DNA of 64,000 nt from positions 128,001-192,000 of the forward strand of contig CBDFMQ010000002.1 of NCBI GenBank assembly GCA_965249725.1. The letters run 5' to 3'. The stretch's first letter is position 1. Every line of letters starts with the position of its first letter. Below, in pieces: positions 18,585-28,668 of this stretch. The stretch comes from Longimicrobiales bacterium. GTDB taxonomy: Bacteria > Gemmatimonadota > Gemmatimonadetes > Longimicrobiales > Gaopeijiaceae. The position numbers and the translations under genes are program-made. Below the pieces are notes generated by a model that made no database searches, was not told the DNA's origin, and saw only the letters and a program-made list of their open reading frames with translations.

Positions 18585-20011
18585 TGCTCCTCGAACGCAT
18601 CCTGGTCGGCATCTATCTGTTCGGCTGCGTCGGCATCGGCATCGTGGCCTCGAAAAAGGTCATGGGCTCCCGCGACGAGTACTGGGTCGCAGGCCGGCGC
18701 ATAGGAACCGTGGTCAACTCGATGGCGATCATGGCGGCCTTGGCGAGCGGCGGCTCGATCATCGGGGTCATGGGACTCGCCTACTCCCAGGGCATTCCCG
18801 CAACCCTCGCCCTCTTCGCGGGGGCTGTCCTCGGCTTTCCCCTGGCTTCGATCCTGGTGGCGAAGCCGCTCCGGAACTTCGGCAAGTACACGATCACCGA
18901 TTTCCTGAGCTATCGGTATCCGCACGCCATCGTCCGTTACCTAGTGCCGATCCTCATCGTGATCGCCTTCACGATCTACATCGTGGCTCAGCTCAAGGCC
19001 GCGGGCATCACGTCCGAGGCCCTGCTGGGAATCCCCTACGACGTCTCACTGACGTTGGCCACGGTGGTGTTCATCATTTACGTGTCCTTCGGAGGGATGA
19101 TCGCCATCACCTGGACGGATGTGATCCAAGGGATGCTCATGGTGATCGTGGTGGTCGGTACGGCGCTGGTTCTCATCTGGAGGGTGGGGTCACCCTTCGA
19201 GATCATGAGCCAGGCGACGGCCGTCGCGCCCGAACTGGGGGAGGTGGTGCACCGACCGGTATCGAGCTACCTCGGCTAATTCCTGATCTGGGCCACGGCC
19301 ATCCCGGTCATCCCCCATATCGTCATGCGGGTCTACACGGCGAAGGATGCCGAGAGCGCCCGTCTGTCGCTGAACCTGGCCATGCTGGTCTACAGCGTCG
19401 TGATCCTGGCTGCGGTGTTGGCGATCGTGCCCGTCGGCAGGATCGACTTTCCGGGGCTACAGGACGCCGATCAGCTCTTCCTGCGCGTCATGGAGACCCA
19501 GTTTCCGCCCTTGATCCGCGGGATCGCGGTTGCCGCCGTGCTGGCCGCGGTCATGTCGACCACGGACGCGCTGTTGTTGGCGTGTAGTTCGGCCATCGCG
19601 CACGACATCTTGGGTGGATTCCTGCGTGAACGGGCCAGTGAGCGGACGCTGAGCTTCGTCCGGATCGGCTCCACCTGGGTCATCGGCATTGTGGCGTTGT
19701 TCTGGGCGTTCTCGCCTCCCGAGCTCATCAGCCAGTTCTATACGGCGGGTGTCGGCGTGCTCAGCTCGAGCCTGTTCGTGCCGACCGTCGCAGGGCTCTG
19801 GTGGAAGAAGGCCAACCTGGTCGGTGGGGTGGGTGCGGTGGTGTGCGGCGCGGGGGTCTACGTGCTGGTCCAGCTGGGTGTCATCGACATCGGGTTGGCT
19901 CCCGTGGTGGTCGCGTTGTTTGCCAGTGCCGCCGCGATGTTGTTGGGGGGGCTGTTCGGCCCGTCAGAGGCCCCTGAGATGATCGATCAGATCGAGGCGC
20001 TGCACCGGTAG
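18584..20011 (+). pseudogene. Sodium:solute symporter (SSS, ActP/PutP-like) interrupted by an in-frame TAA
   Basis: YWVAGR, GKYTITDFL, GGMIAITWTDVIQG, PHIVMRVY, AAVMST. Both halves share one frame, with TAA at 19277-19279. Confidence 0.85.
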
Positions 20012-20212
20012 ATCCCGCGTCGCGGAGGCCCGATGCGCCTATCGAGACATGAGGTCGCCCCCGCGTTTCCGCGGAAACGTGCCCCGCGCTGGAGGGCGGA
20101 GTCACGCCGCCCCCACGCCCTCCCCTTGCTCCGGACATCGGCCTGCGCGCACGTTGACGGGCCGCCAACGCCCCACTTCCACAGAACCGATGCACTCGGT
20201 TGGGAGGCTCTG

Positions 20213-22129
20213 ATGCGACGAGCACTTAGGATGGCCCTCGTTCCCCTTCTTGCCTCGGCCTGCACTGAACCCGCCCAAGCTCCCCTGGACGCTCGAGCTC
20301 CAGGAGACTTCACGCTCGAAGAGTTCGTCTCTCTGAGTTCGCTGGTGGATGGTGGCGTTCCGGATTGGTCCCCGGACGGCTCGCAGATCCTCTTCCTGGG
20401 ACGCGGCACACTCTGGACCGTCGGCGCGGAGGGGGGGACCCCACAAGCGCTCCCCGCCGAGGGCGTGACCGACCCCCGATACTCGCCGGACGGGGCGTGG
20501 ATCGGCTACGTGTCGAGCGCCTCGGGGAACGGACAGGAGGTCTGGTTGTGGTCCTTGGCCGAACAGCGAGCCGTGCAACTCACCGACATGGGTGCCCGCA
20601 CGCTCGCTTGGAGTTGGTCGCCGGACGGCCGGCAGATCGCCTTTTCGAACTCGCTACGCGGCAACTACGACATCTATACGGCCTCGGTCCCCGACGGGCA
20701 CATCAAGCGCCTCACCACGGATACCCGCTTCGACGTACAACCCACGTGGACTCCGGACGGATCGTCCATCGTGTACGTACGCATGGACCAGTGGTGGGTC
20801 GACCACGACGTGATCTCCATCGATGCGGCGACGGGCTCGGGCGAGCGGGTGATCGTGAGCGACCGAGACTGGATGGATTATCGCACCGGCCAGGAGTTCG
20901 GGCCCGGCCAGGTGTCGCCCCGGGGCGACCTGGTCCTCTTCCGCTCCTACCGGAACGGCTGGATAAATTGGTGGGTGGCTCCCATGGCTGGCGGTGAGCC
21001 TAGACCGGTCGCGGCGGAGCAGGCCGACCAGAACTCCCAAAAGCCCTTCCGCGGCTACGCACGGTGGTCACCCGACGGCGGGTCGGTCGCGTACACATCG
21101 AACCTACGGGGCAATCAGGTGCTGCGGGTCGCATCGGTCGACGACGGCACCGTGACGACGCTCTTTGCGCCGGAGATGGGCCTCGTCGCCAACCCGGCCT
21201 GGTCTCCGGACGGGAGCCGAATCGCGTTCACCTACGACACGCCCCGCCATATCCCCGAGTTATTCGTCGTCGACGTCGCGAGCACCGAGGCTAGCACCGA
21301 GATGGTGCGCCTGACCCACTCCATGCCTGATCCGTCGCTGTCGGACGCGTTGTTCATTCCGGAGAGGGTGAGCTACATGAACGACGGGCTCACGATGCAC
21401 TCCTACCTGTTCCGCCCGCCCGGGCCGCCACCAACGGGTGGGTATCCGGCCATCGTGTGGGTGCACGGAGGCCCCTCGTCGCAGTTCGAGGACGGCTGGC
21501 GACGCCACTCCGACGCTCACTACTTCATCAAGCACGGCTACGCGGTGTTGGCCCCGAACATCCGCGGGAGTTCGGGCTTCGGCTGGGAGCACGAGCAGGC
21601 CAACAACGGCTGTTGGGCACGCTGTGACCTGGATGATGTCGTGGCCGGCGCGAGGTACCTCGGGACGCTGCCGGATATCGACGGAGATCGGATCGCAGTC
21701 ACCGGCGTGAGCTACGGAGCCTACCTGAGTTTCGCGGCCAGCACCTTCGCTCCCGATGTGTTCCGGGCCGCGATCCCGCTGCGCGAGGGATACGCCAACC
21801 GGATTCGACTCGTCGAGAGTGAGTCCGCTCTGGCGAATATCAACATGTATCAGTACGAACTCGGGTTGCTCACTGAGAACCGTGAGACCTTCCGGCGTGC
21901 CTCACCGACCCTGTACGCACAGGACGTCGGAACGCCCATGCTGATCATCGCCGGTGAGCGGGATAAACAGATGCAGGCGTTCGCGACTGAGGCGGCCCGT
22001 TACTACAAGCCGGTTACGTACGAGATGTACGAGAACACGGCGGGGGCTGAGGCTCGTCTCCAGTGGATGCCGAGGATGCTGGCCTTCCTTGATCGCCATG
22101 TGAAGGGGGATGTGGATCTATGGCCGTGA
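20213..22129 (+). CDS. S9 (prolyl oligopeptidase-like) family lipoprotein with TolB-like propeller
   Basis: Lipobox ASAC; WSPDG repeats; VHGGP, NIRGSSGFG, GVSYG, GERD. No catalytic His evident. Confidence 0.85.
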   Translation: MRRALRMALVPLLASACTEPAQAPLDARAPGDFTLEEFVSLSSLVDGGVPDWSPDGSQILFLGRGTLWTVGAEGGTPQALPAEGVTDPRYSPDGAWIGYVSSASGNGQEVWLWSLAEQRAVQLTDMGARTLAWSWSPDGRQIAFSNSLRGNYDIYTASVPDGHIKRLTTDTRFDVQPTWTPDGSSIVYVRMDQWWVDHDVISIDAATGSGERVIVSDRDWMDYRTGQEFGPGQVSPRGDLVLFRSYRNGWINWWVAPMAGGEPRPVAAEQADQNSQKPFRGYARWSPDGGSVAYTSNLRGNQVLRVASVDDGTVTTLFAPEMGLVANPAWSPDGSRIAFTYDTPRHIPELFVVDVASTEASTEMVRLTHSMPDPSLSDALFIPERVSYMNDGLTMHSYLFRPPGPPPTGGYPAIVWVHGGPSSQFEDGWRRHSDAHYFIKHGYAVLAPNIRGSSGFGWEHEQANNGCWARCDLDDVVAGARYLGTLPDIDGDRIAVTGVSYGAYLSFAASTFAPDVFRAAIPLREGYANRIRLVESESALANINMYQYELGLLTENRETFRRASPTLYAQDVGTPMLIIAGERDKQMQAFATEAARYYKPVTYEMYENTAGAEARLQWMPRMLAFLDRHVKGDVDLWP

Positions 22130-22201
22130 CGGACGGGCTCCGTTTGCCTAATCTTCCTGGATCAGCATCCAATCACTCAAAATCAAACCGGGTAGACCAC
22201 C

Positions 22202-22393
22202 ATGGCAGCGTATACCTGCGACAATTGCGGCATGAGCGTCAACATGACCTGCGGAGAGTGCGGGGCGGACCTCGTCCACGACACACTCATCAAGGATGAC
22301 GGCGGCCGGGTCGACATCTCCAAGTGCCCCAACGGTCATGGGAAGATCAAGTCGCCCATGTGTTGTGCCGAAGACATGACCTGCTCGATCTAG
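22202..22393 (+). CDS. Small Cys-rich putative metal-binding protein
   Basis: 63 aa with CxxC, CxxC, CxxxH, CC and C; GC3-rich codon usage; fills an intergenic gap. Confidence 0.8.
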   Translation: MAAYTCDNCGMSVNMTCGECGADLVHDTLIKDDGGRVDISKCPNGHGKIKSPMCCAEDMTCSI

Positions 22394-22429
22394 AGACCAG
22401 TTGAACCCATACAGGTCTCCGGGCCGGTA

Positions 22430-22475
22430 GAGACGGCACCGCCCGACGGCACTTCGGTGCCACGGGCGGCGTCTC
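22430..22475. terminator. Long hairpin between convergent genes
   Basis: GAGACG..CCGCCCG..GGCAC-TTCG-GTGCC.CGGGCGG-CGTCTC with a cUUCGg tetraloop; no U-tract. Confidence 0.5.
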
Positions 22476-23955
22476 AACCCCCTCCGGAGAGAGCAGCCTC
22501 CAACTCGGCCAAAGCCACGGGCCAGCGCGGGTGGCGCGCCTCTCTTATTCTCGCCAGCGGACCGACCACTACGGTCACCAGGGTCTCCGGGTCGAGGTAG
22601 CGCTGCGCCACGGCTTTCACGTCATCGCCGGTGACAGCCCGTACGGCTCTCGGCCATCCCATCAACTGATCGGTATCCCCGCGACGTACATGCTCCGTCG
22701 CATAGGCATCGCTAGCTCCCGTCGCCAGTCCCAACGACGGTCGCCAGACCGCGTGCACGAGCCAGCCCTGCGCCCGAGCCACCTCGACGTCCGTCACAGG
22801 CTCCCCGGCATCGTACAGGCGCTGAAGCTCATCCAAGCTGAAGCGGACCAGGGGCGCAACGGCTTCGGGCCGTCCGCCGGTGCGGACGGTTACCAGGCCA
22901 GTTCCCGATCCGGTGACCGGGATCTCGAAGTCGTCCCGGTTGGCCAGGCCACGCATCTCACGGGCCGCGATGTTGAGCCGCTCGGCGAGAATGAACCTCA
23001 GGACCGCGAGGGTCGCCCGGTCTGCACCAGGAACGGAGCCGATCGCGTTGCCGATGGCGATCCAGCCCTCCAGGCTCGGAGCGTCCACGACGTGGATCCG
23101 ACCCGGATTCGGCGCCGGTTCGATCGTCCCGGGGGCCGGCAGAGGTTCACTCCCCATGGCCCACCCGAGGGTCAGAGACTCGACGGCCTCCTCGACACCC
23201 TCTCGCGGGGCAGCGCCACCCACACCCAGCACGACCTGGTCGGCCCTCAGCGTGCGAGCAGCAAGCGCCCGGATCGCACCGAGCGACACTGCGGTTCCGG
23301 GATCGGGCGGAGCCAACGGATAACCCGCTACCCGACGTTCTAGCTCGACCTTGGGTCGGAAACCGTCACCTCCGGTGCCGGCCATCGGCATCGAGTACCC
23401 GGAGCCCGCCCGGTACTGCCGGACCGTGGCGGCGTCGATCTCCGGATCCCGTACCAGTCCGACCAACTGCGCGAGCCCCGCCCGCCAATCCTCCGGGAGC
23501 ACGTCGAGCGAGAGCCTCGCAACGTCCAGCGTTTCTTCGGCAGCCAACGTCGCACCGAGTTCCGCGAGCTGAAGAGAGAGAGGTCGAGTCGCTCCAGCCG
23601 CGCCCCGTGTCGTAAGGAGTCGGACCAGTAGCGCCGATGCTCCGGCCTCGCCCTCGACTTCCCGCAGTCGACCGAGCGGAAGCGCCGCCGTCAGCCGCAC
23701 GAGTGGATCCGACGCGTCGGTTACGATGTAGGCCTGAACCCCGCTGGAAGCCACAAACAGAGCACCTCGGGGATCCGGCGGCGTGAAACCGATGGGGCCC
23801 ATCTCCAGGTCATCGGGAGCGGCCCAATCGTGCTCGAGGATCGGGCGGGAGTGGCCGGGCAGGGCCTCTCCGTCTCCGCCGCCGCATCCTACTGCAACCA
23901 GCAGGGCCAGCGCCGCCATGGACAAGCCCGTGGCACGCCCCACGCCGGCCCTCAT
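22474..23955 (-). CDS. M16 peptidase family, non-catalytic partner subunit (lipoprotein)
   Basis: Lipobox AVGC; M16-like C-terminus (AVTGDDVKAVAQRYL..LVTVVVGP); no HxxEH; ATGA coupling. Confidence 0.75.
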   Translation of the reverse strand: MRAGVGRATGLSMAALALLVAVGCGGGDGEALPGHSRPILEHDWAAPDDLEMGPIGFTPPDPRGALFVASSGVQAYIVTDASDPLVRLTAALPLGRLREVEGEAGASALLVRLLTTRGAAGATRPLSLQLAELGATLAAEETLDVARLSLDVLPEDWRAGLAQLVGLVRDPEIDAATVRQYRAGSGYSMPMAGTGGDGFRPKVELERRVAGYPLAPPDPGTAVSLGAIRALAARTLRADQVVLGVGGAAPREGVEEAVESLTLGWAMGSEPLPAPGTIEPAPNPGRIHVVDAPSLEGWIAIGNAIGSVPGADRATLAVLRFILAERLNIAAREMRGLANRDDFEIPVTGSGTGLVTVRTGGRPEAVAPLVRFSLDELQRLYDAGEPVTDVEVARAQGWLVHAVWRPSLGLATGASDAYATEHVRRGDTDQLMGWPRAVRAVTGDDVKAVAQRYLDPETLVTVVVGPLARIREARHPRWPVALAELEAALSGGG

Positions 23956-25604
23956 CGTCCGTCTCCCGGCAGGTCTGCCCACAGGAAGTCGAGCCAGCTG
24001 GGCCCGCTCCCTTCCGGGGGCTCGGCCCGCGCGACGGCGATTACGCGGTTGGACGGGACGAAGTAGGTCTGCGCCACTCGTTGAACATCCTCAGCCGTCG
24101 CGGCATCACGCGCCTCGACCAACGCGGGCAGGACGCTCCAGTGGTTCATCGTATGGTGGTGCCCGATCAGGAACGCCAACTCCTGGGGATTCGAGAGGAA
24201 CTCCGCCCACTCGACCCGTAGCCGCTTATGGGCCCGATCGAGCGCGCCGGAGTCGATCCGACCGGCACGCAGGTCGTCCAGGGCGGCCAGGAGCCCGCGC
24301 TCCACGTCGGCGAGATTCCTATCGGCCCCGGTCCGTGCCACCAGGTTGAAGGCGCCCGGCGAACCGAAACGGTACGTGTGGATCACCCGGAAGTCCGCCG
24401 ATACCGAAGCAGACGTGCCACTCGCAGCGAGCCGCTGTCCCGCGACGCCGTGGGGACCGCTGAGCAGAGCGGCGATCAGGTCGAAGACAGGGCGATCCGG
24501 GTGCCCCATCCCGGGAATGCGGTATCGGACGTGCACCTGGGGCGAGAGCGGCTCGGTCCAGTCGAGACGCACCGACCCACCCGGCACGGGTTCCGCCTCG
24601 ATATCCAGGTCGGCGGGTGGCTCAGGGCCTCGGGGCAGGGCGCCGAAGTAGCGCTCCGCGAGGGGCACGGCCTCCGCCATCGTCACGTCCCCGACGAGCA
24701 CCAGCGTCAGGTTGTTGGGCACGAAGTAGTCGTCGTAGATCTTCTGGTGCGCTGCCCGAGTGAAGTTCCCGAAGTCCCTGATGTGCCCGCCGTCAGGTCG
24801 GTAGATGGGGTGCGCCTGGGCCGTGACGCCGTCGATGGCCTCATTGAAGCGCGTCTGGGGCCGGCTCTGCCCTCCGAGAATCTGCTCGAGCACGGTGAAG
24901 CGTTGAGCCTCCCATCCCCTGAGAATGGCGTTGGCCATGCGGTCCGCTTCGATCCTGAAGAAGAGCTCCAGATTCTCCCGCGGGAGCGCCATGTTGATCT
25001 CCATGTAATCCTGCTCGGTACTGGCCGGCACCGGATCCGTGTGGCGGGCGTAGCCCCCCTGACCCATATAAGCGTTGTAGGAAGCCCAGAAGTCGCGATA
25101 CTCGTTGTCCTGATCTTCCAGCGCGTAGAGCCGCTCCCTGAGCGCCTTCATCTCGGCCGTCTCGGGCCAGGCCATCTCATCGATGAAGACGCCGCGTTCA
25201 CGGAGCTCATTGCGTTCGCGGTTTCTGACGGCGATGAGCTCCTGCTCCGTTTCGTGGATCTCCTGCAGGATGGGCAGTTCGGCGGCGAAGTCGCTCGTTC
25301 CGATCGTCGTGGTCCCTTGATGAATGACATGCTCGAGAAAGTGCGTCATCCCGTGCAGGCCGACCGGCTCCTGCATCGATCCGATCCGGATCCACAGATT
25401 CGCGGCAACGCGCGGCATGCGGTGGTCTTCCAGAACGAGGAGCGTGAACCCGTTCTCGAGCTCGTGCTCCTGGATCTCGAAAGGCGCTGATGCGGACTGA
25501 AACGCATCGGGCGGAGTGTCGGCGTCCACACGAGGTGCCGTAGCGGCGTCTGAGGACAGCAACGTGGCCGACGCGAGGAGGGTGACAACAAGCAGGGTTC
25601 TCAT
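23952..25604 (-). CDS. M16 (pitrilysin/insulinase) family peptidase
   Basis: LENGF, GSMQE, HFLEH (HxxEH), YFVPNNLTLVLVGD; signal peptide. Confidence 0.88.
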   Translation of the reverse strand: MRTLLVVTLLASATLLSSDAATAPRVDADTPPDAFQSASAPFEIQEHELENGFTLLVLEDHRMPRVAANLWIRIGSMQEPVGLHGMTHFLEHVIHQGTTTIGTSDFAAELPILQEIHETEQELIAVRNRERNELRERGVFIDEMAWPETAEMKALRERLYALEDQDNEYRDFWASYNAYMGQGGYARHTDPVPASTEQDYMEINMALPRENLELFFRIEADRMANAILRGWEAQRFTVLEQILGGQSRPQTRFNEAIDGVTAQAHPIYRPDGGHIRDFGNFTRAAHQKIYDDYFVPNNLTLVLVGDVTMAEAVPLAERYFGALPRGPEPPADLDIEAEPVPGGSVRLDWTEPLSPQVHVRYRIPGMGHPDRPVFDLIAALLSGPHGVAGQRLAASGTSASVSADFRVIHTYRFGSPGAFNLVARTGADRNLADVERGLLAALDDLRAGRIDSGALDRAHKRLRVEWAEFLSNPQELAFLIGHHHTMNHWSVLPALVEARDAATAEDVQRVAQTYFVPSNRVIAVARAEPPEGSGPSWLDFLWADLPGDGR

Positions 25605-25836
25605 CTCTCGAATCCTGATTTGCGGTGGTGATCGGTTCAGCGGATGGGCACCTACAATGGGACTTGGGCCGGGTCCGGGCCAGGCGAAGACACCTTATCC
25701 GCGAGACCGCACTCCTTGCTGGCTCTGGTCCGGGTCGGCATGGTAAGGCTCGAAACGAAGTGCGGATCCACCCGACAGGCTATTGGGTCGGAGGGAACGC
25801 CTACTGTGAACCCCTGGCTATGGCGAACGTCTGCAC

Positions 25837-28029
25837 ATGCAAAAGCGCCTAGCGCTACTTACAGCCCTATCGGCGTGCGCGGTGGCGTTCCCACGGGGTC
25901 CGCTCGTCGCACAAGGGTCCGGCACAGCTCCCGTCGAATCCGACTGCCTCGCCTCGTGCCTGTCCTTTCGGGCGGTGAGAATCGACACGCCCCCCGAGAT
26001 CGACGGCGCTATCGATGAGGCCTTCTGGGACGACATCGAGCCGATCACGGACTTCAAGCAATGGGTCCCGGTGGACGGGGGAGAGCCGACGGAGCGTACC
26101 GAAGTGCGGATCGCCTACGATCGGGACAATCTCTACTTCGGCTTCAAGCTCTTCGACTCCGAGCCCGACAAGATCATCGCCACGGTGCTGGAACGGGAAG
26201 GAAAGCTCCCGTACAACGACCGTGTGGCCATCGGTCTCGACACCTTCAACGACGATCGGAACGGGTACATCTTCTCCATGAACCCTCTCGGGACCCAGGA
26301 GGACGGTACGTTCACGGACGAGGGAGCGGTGTCCTGGGTGTGGGAGAGCGTCTACCACAGCGAGGGGCGGATTACATCAGACGGGTGGGAGTTGGAAGTC
26401 GCTCTTCCGTTCACCACCATCCGTTTTCCCGACACTGAGTCGGTGACCATGGGGCTCGTGCTGTATCGCCGGATCAGGCGCAAGAACGAAGACGTGTTTT
26501 GGCCGCACATGCCGAAGCGATTCCGGGCCGGTGTCTCTCAGGCCTCCCAGTACGCGGATCTGGCGGGGTTGGAGGATATGCGCCGAGGCCGGAACCTCGA
26601 GTTCAAGCCCTTCGCGATCGCCGGCGCTCAGAAAACGGCGGCGGAGCCGGAGACCGACGTCCTCAGGGACTTCGGCTTGGACCTGAAGTATTCCGTCACG
26701 TCGAACCTCACGCTTGACCTCACGGCCAACACCGACTTCGCACAGGCGGAGGCGGACAATGCCCAGGTCAACTTGACCCGGTTCAGCTTGTTCTTTCCCG
26801 AAAAACGGGAGTTCTTCTTGGAGCGCGCGGGGCTGTTCAACTTCGGTGAGCGGCGGGAGACGGAGGCGTTCTTCAGCCGCCGCATCGGAATCGACAACGA
26901 TATCCTGGGCGGTGGACGTCTGACGGGTCAGGCCGGGCCGTTCTCCATCGGGCTGCTCAACCTACAGACTCGTGACGGGGACGGGGGCGCGATCGCCGGC
27001 GCCAATAACGCCGTGGCCCGGATCCGGGTGGACGTGCTGCCGCGGACCACCATCGGCGGAATCTTCACGAATCTCGAGAACGGCGACGGGTACAACCGCG
27101 TGTGGGGTGGCGATGTCGCCCTCCGATTCTGGAACTCAAGCTCGCTGACCGCGTGGGGAGCCAACGTTTCGGACTCGGACGACCTGCCCGGGAGTACGTT
27201 CGCGGGGGCCGCAGCCCTGACCGTGGCCAACGATCTCTGGCAGGTGGGGGCGGATGTTCAGGATATCGGCGAGGGTTATCAGCCGGCCCTGGGCCTCGTT
27301 CGCCGGGGGAACATGGTCAAGTACGGCGGTAGTCTGGGCTTTACGCCGCGCTTCGAGTCGAGCACTTGGGCACGCCAGCTCGACCTGACCTCGTCGGGTT
27401 TCTACATCGAGGGTCAGGACGGGGTGGAGCAGACGACCGAGGCCAAGCTCGCCGCCAAGATGATGCTGGAGTCGGAAGAGCACCTCACACTCCAGGGCAT
27501 CCGGACGACCGAAGTGCTGGATGTGCCTTTTCACATCCGGTCGGACGTAGAGATCCCGGTGGGACGCTACGAGTTCAACCAGTTCAGTGCGGTCTTCGGC
27601 ACCAATCGCGGCCGTTCCGTCTTCGGGACCCTCACGGTCTCCACGGGGAGCTTCTTCAACGGCAACCGCACGCAGTTCAAGGGAGACGTCCGTTGGAGCA
27701 CGGGAAAGCACTTGGTGCTCATCGCGAGTGCGGACAGGAACAAGATCTCGCTTCCGGTCGAGAATGGCGACTTCACGACCACGGTGCTGGGGCTGACACC
27801 GGAGATCGCGATCAGCCGGAAACTGTTCGCCAACGGGCTCATTCAGTACGACACCGACTCGAAGACGCTCGCGACGAACTTTCGGATCGACTGGATCCAC
27901 ACGCCGGGCAGCGACCTGTTCCTGGTGTTGAACACCGGGTACTTGATCGGCGACCAGTTCGATCCGAACGAGACCCGGTGGGACTACCGGACGGGGGTCG
28001 TGAAGCTCACGTACCTGAAGACGCTTTAG
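25837..28029 (+). CDS. DUF5916 / CBM9-like domain secreted protein
   Basis: PEIDGAIDE, NTDFAQAEAD, LFFPEKREFFLE, FFSRRIG, C-terminal KLTYL. Confidence 0.85.
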   Translation: MQKRLALLTALSACAVAFPRGPLVAQGSGTAPVESDCLASCLSFRAVRIDTPPEIDGAIDEAFWDDIEPITDFKQWVPVDGGEPTERTEVRIAYDRDNLYFGFKLFDSEPDKIIATVLEREGKLPYNDRVAIGLDTFNDDRNGYIFSMNPLGTQEDGTFTDEGAVSWVWESVYHSEGRITSDGWELEVALPFTTIRFPDTESVTMGLVLYRRIRRKNEDVFWPHMPKRFRAGVSQASQYADLAGLEDMRRGRNLEFKPFAIAGAQKTAAEPETDVLRDFGLDLKYSVTSNLTLDLTANTDFAQAEADNAQVNLTRFSLFFPEKREFFLERAGLFNFGERRETEAFFSRRIGIDNDILGGGRLTGQAGPFSIGLLNLQTRDGDGGAIAGANNAVARIRVDVLPRTTIGGIFTNLENGDGYNRVWGGDVALRFWNSSSLTAWGANVSDSDDLPGSTFAGAAALTVANDLWQVGADVQDIGEGYQPALGLVRRGNMVKYGGSLGFTPRFESSTWARQLDLTSSGFYIEGQDGVEQTTEAKLAAKMMLESEEHLTLQGIRTTEVLDVPFHIRSDVEIPVGRYEFNQFSAVFGTNRGRSVFGTLTVSTGSFFNGNRTQFKGDVRWSTGKHLVLIASADRNKISLPVENGDFTTTVLGLTPEIAISRKLFANGLIQYDTDSKTLATNFRIDWIHTPGSDLFLVLNTGYLIGDQFDPNETRWDYRTGVVKLTYLKTL

Positions 28030-28133
28030 AGCGGAGGCCTCCTTGGGAGCATCAATCGGGGCCTCACGTGCTCTCCGAATGCTCGTCCTGGGCGGCACCG
28101 GATTCGGGCTGGCTTACCCGACCGGTCGACCCC

Positions 28134-28550
28134 TCAGATATCCCATCCCGCCCGCGCCAGCATCCAGAGATTGATCAACACCACGACGATGGCCGTGATG
28201 TAGAACGCAGGGGGTGTCACGGCGGCCGGGGCAGCGAAGAACGCACCCCGCACCAGGCTCGGCAGGCGAAGTCCGTGCATCGCCCAGACGACTCGGGCGA
28301 ACCACACGTTCTGCCACCGGTACAGGCCCACGAAGATGAAGGCGGTCACCAGCGCCCCTGCGCCGAGCCAAAGCCAAGGCGACCCGAATCGCTCCGGCAG
28401 TAGGCCGGACGAGAGCATTCCGTAGGCGGCCGATTCGTAGAGGATGGCGACGTGCAGGTACACGAAGCCGGCCTGTCGGAACTTCAGCGCACGTGGTGCG
28501 GGCCACTCTTGTTTCAGCACGATCTCTCCTTGTTTGAGGCAACCATCCAC
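28134..28550 (-). CDS. Hypothetical membrane protein
   Basis: About four TM segments; ends WMLARAGWDI. Start uncertain. Confidence 0.7.
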   Translation of the reverse strand: MDGCLKQGEIVLKQEWPAPRALKFRQAGFVYLHVAILYESAAYGMLSSGLLPERFGSPWLWLGAGALVTAFIFVGLYRWQNVWFARVVWAMHGLRLPSLVRGAFFAAPAAVTPPAFYITAIVVVLINLWMLARAGWDI

Positions 28551-28668
28551 CGGTGGGTTGCTCCCCGCAAGAGGCGGCGGCGGCGATCGAGCTACTCGTG
28601 CCCATCACGCTGGCTTGTGGGCGAGCGCCGGCCCGTCTCATGTTACGGACATGGCCCGTCTTAGAAAC

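Noticed and set aside
19277..19279. Recoded stop (Sec/Pyl) in the symporter
   Set aside because: The codon is TAA, not TGA or TAG, and it is not at a Cys or Lys motif.
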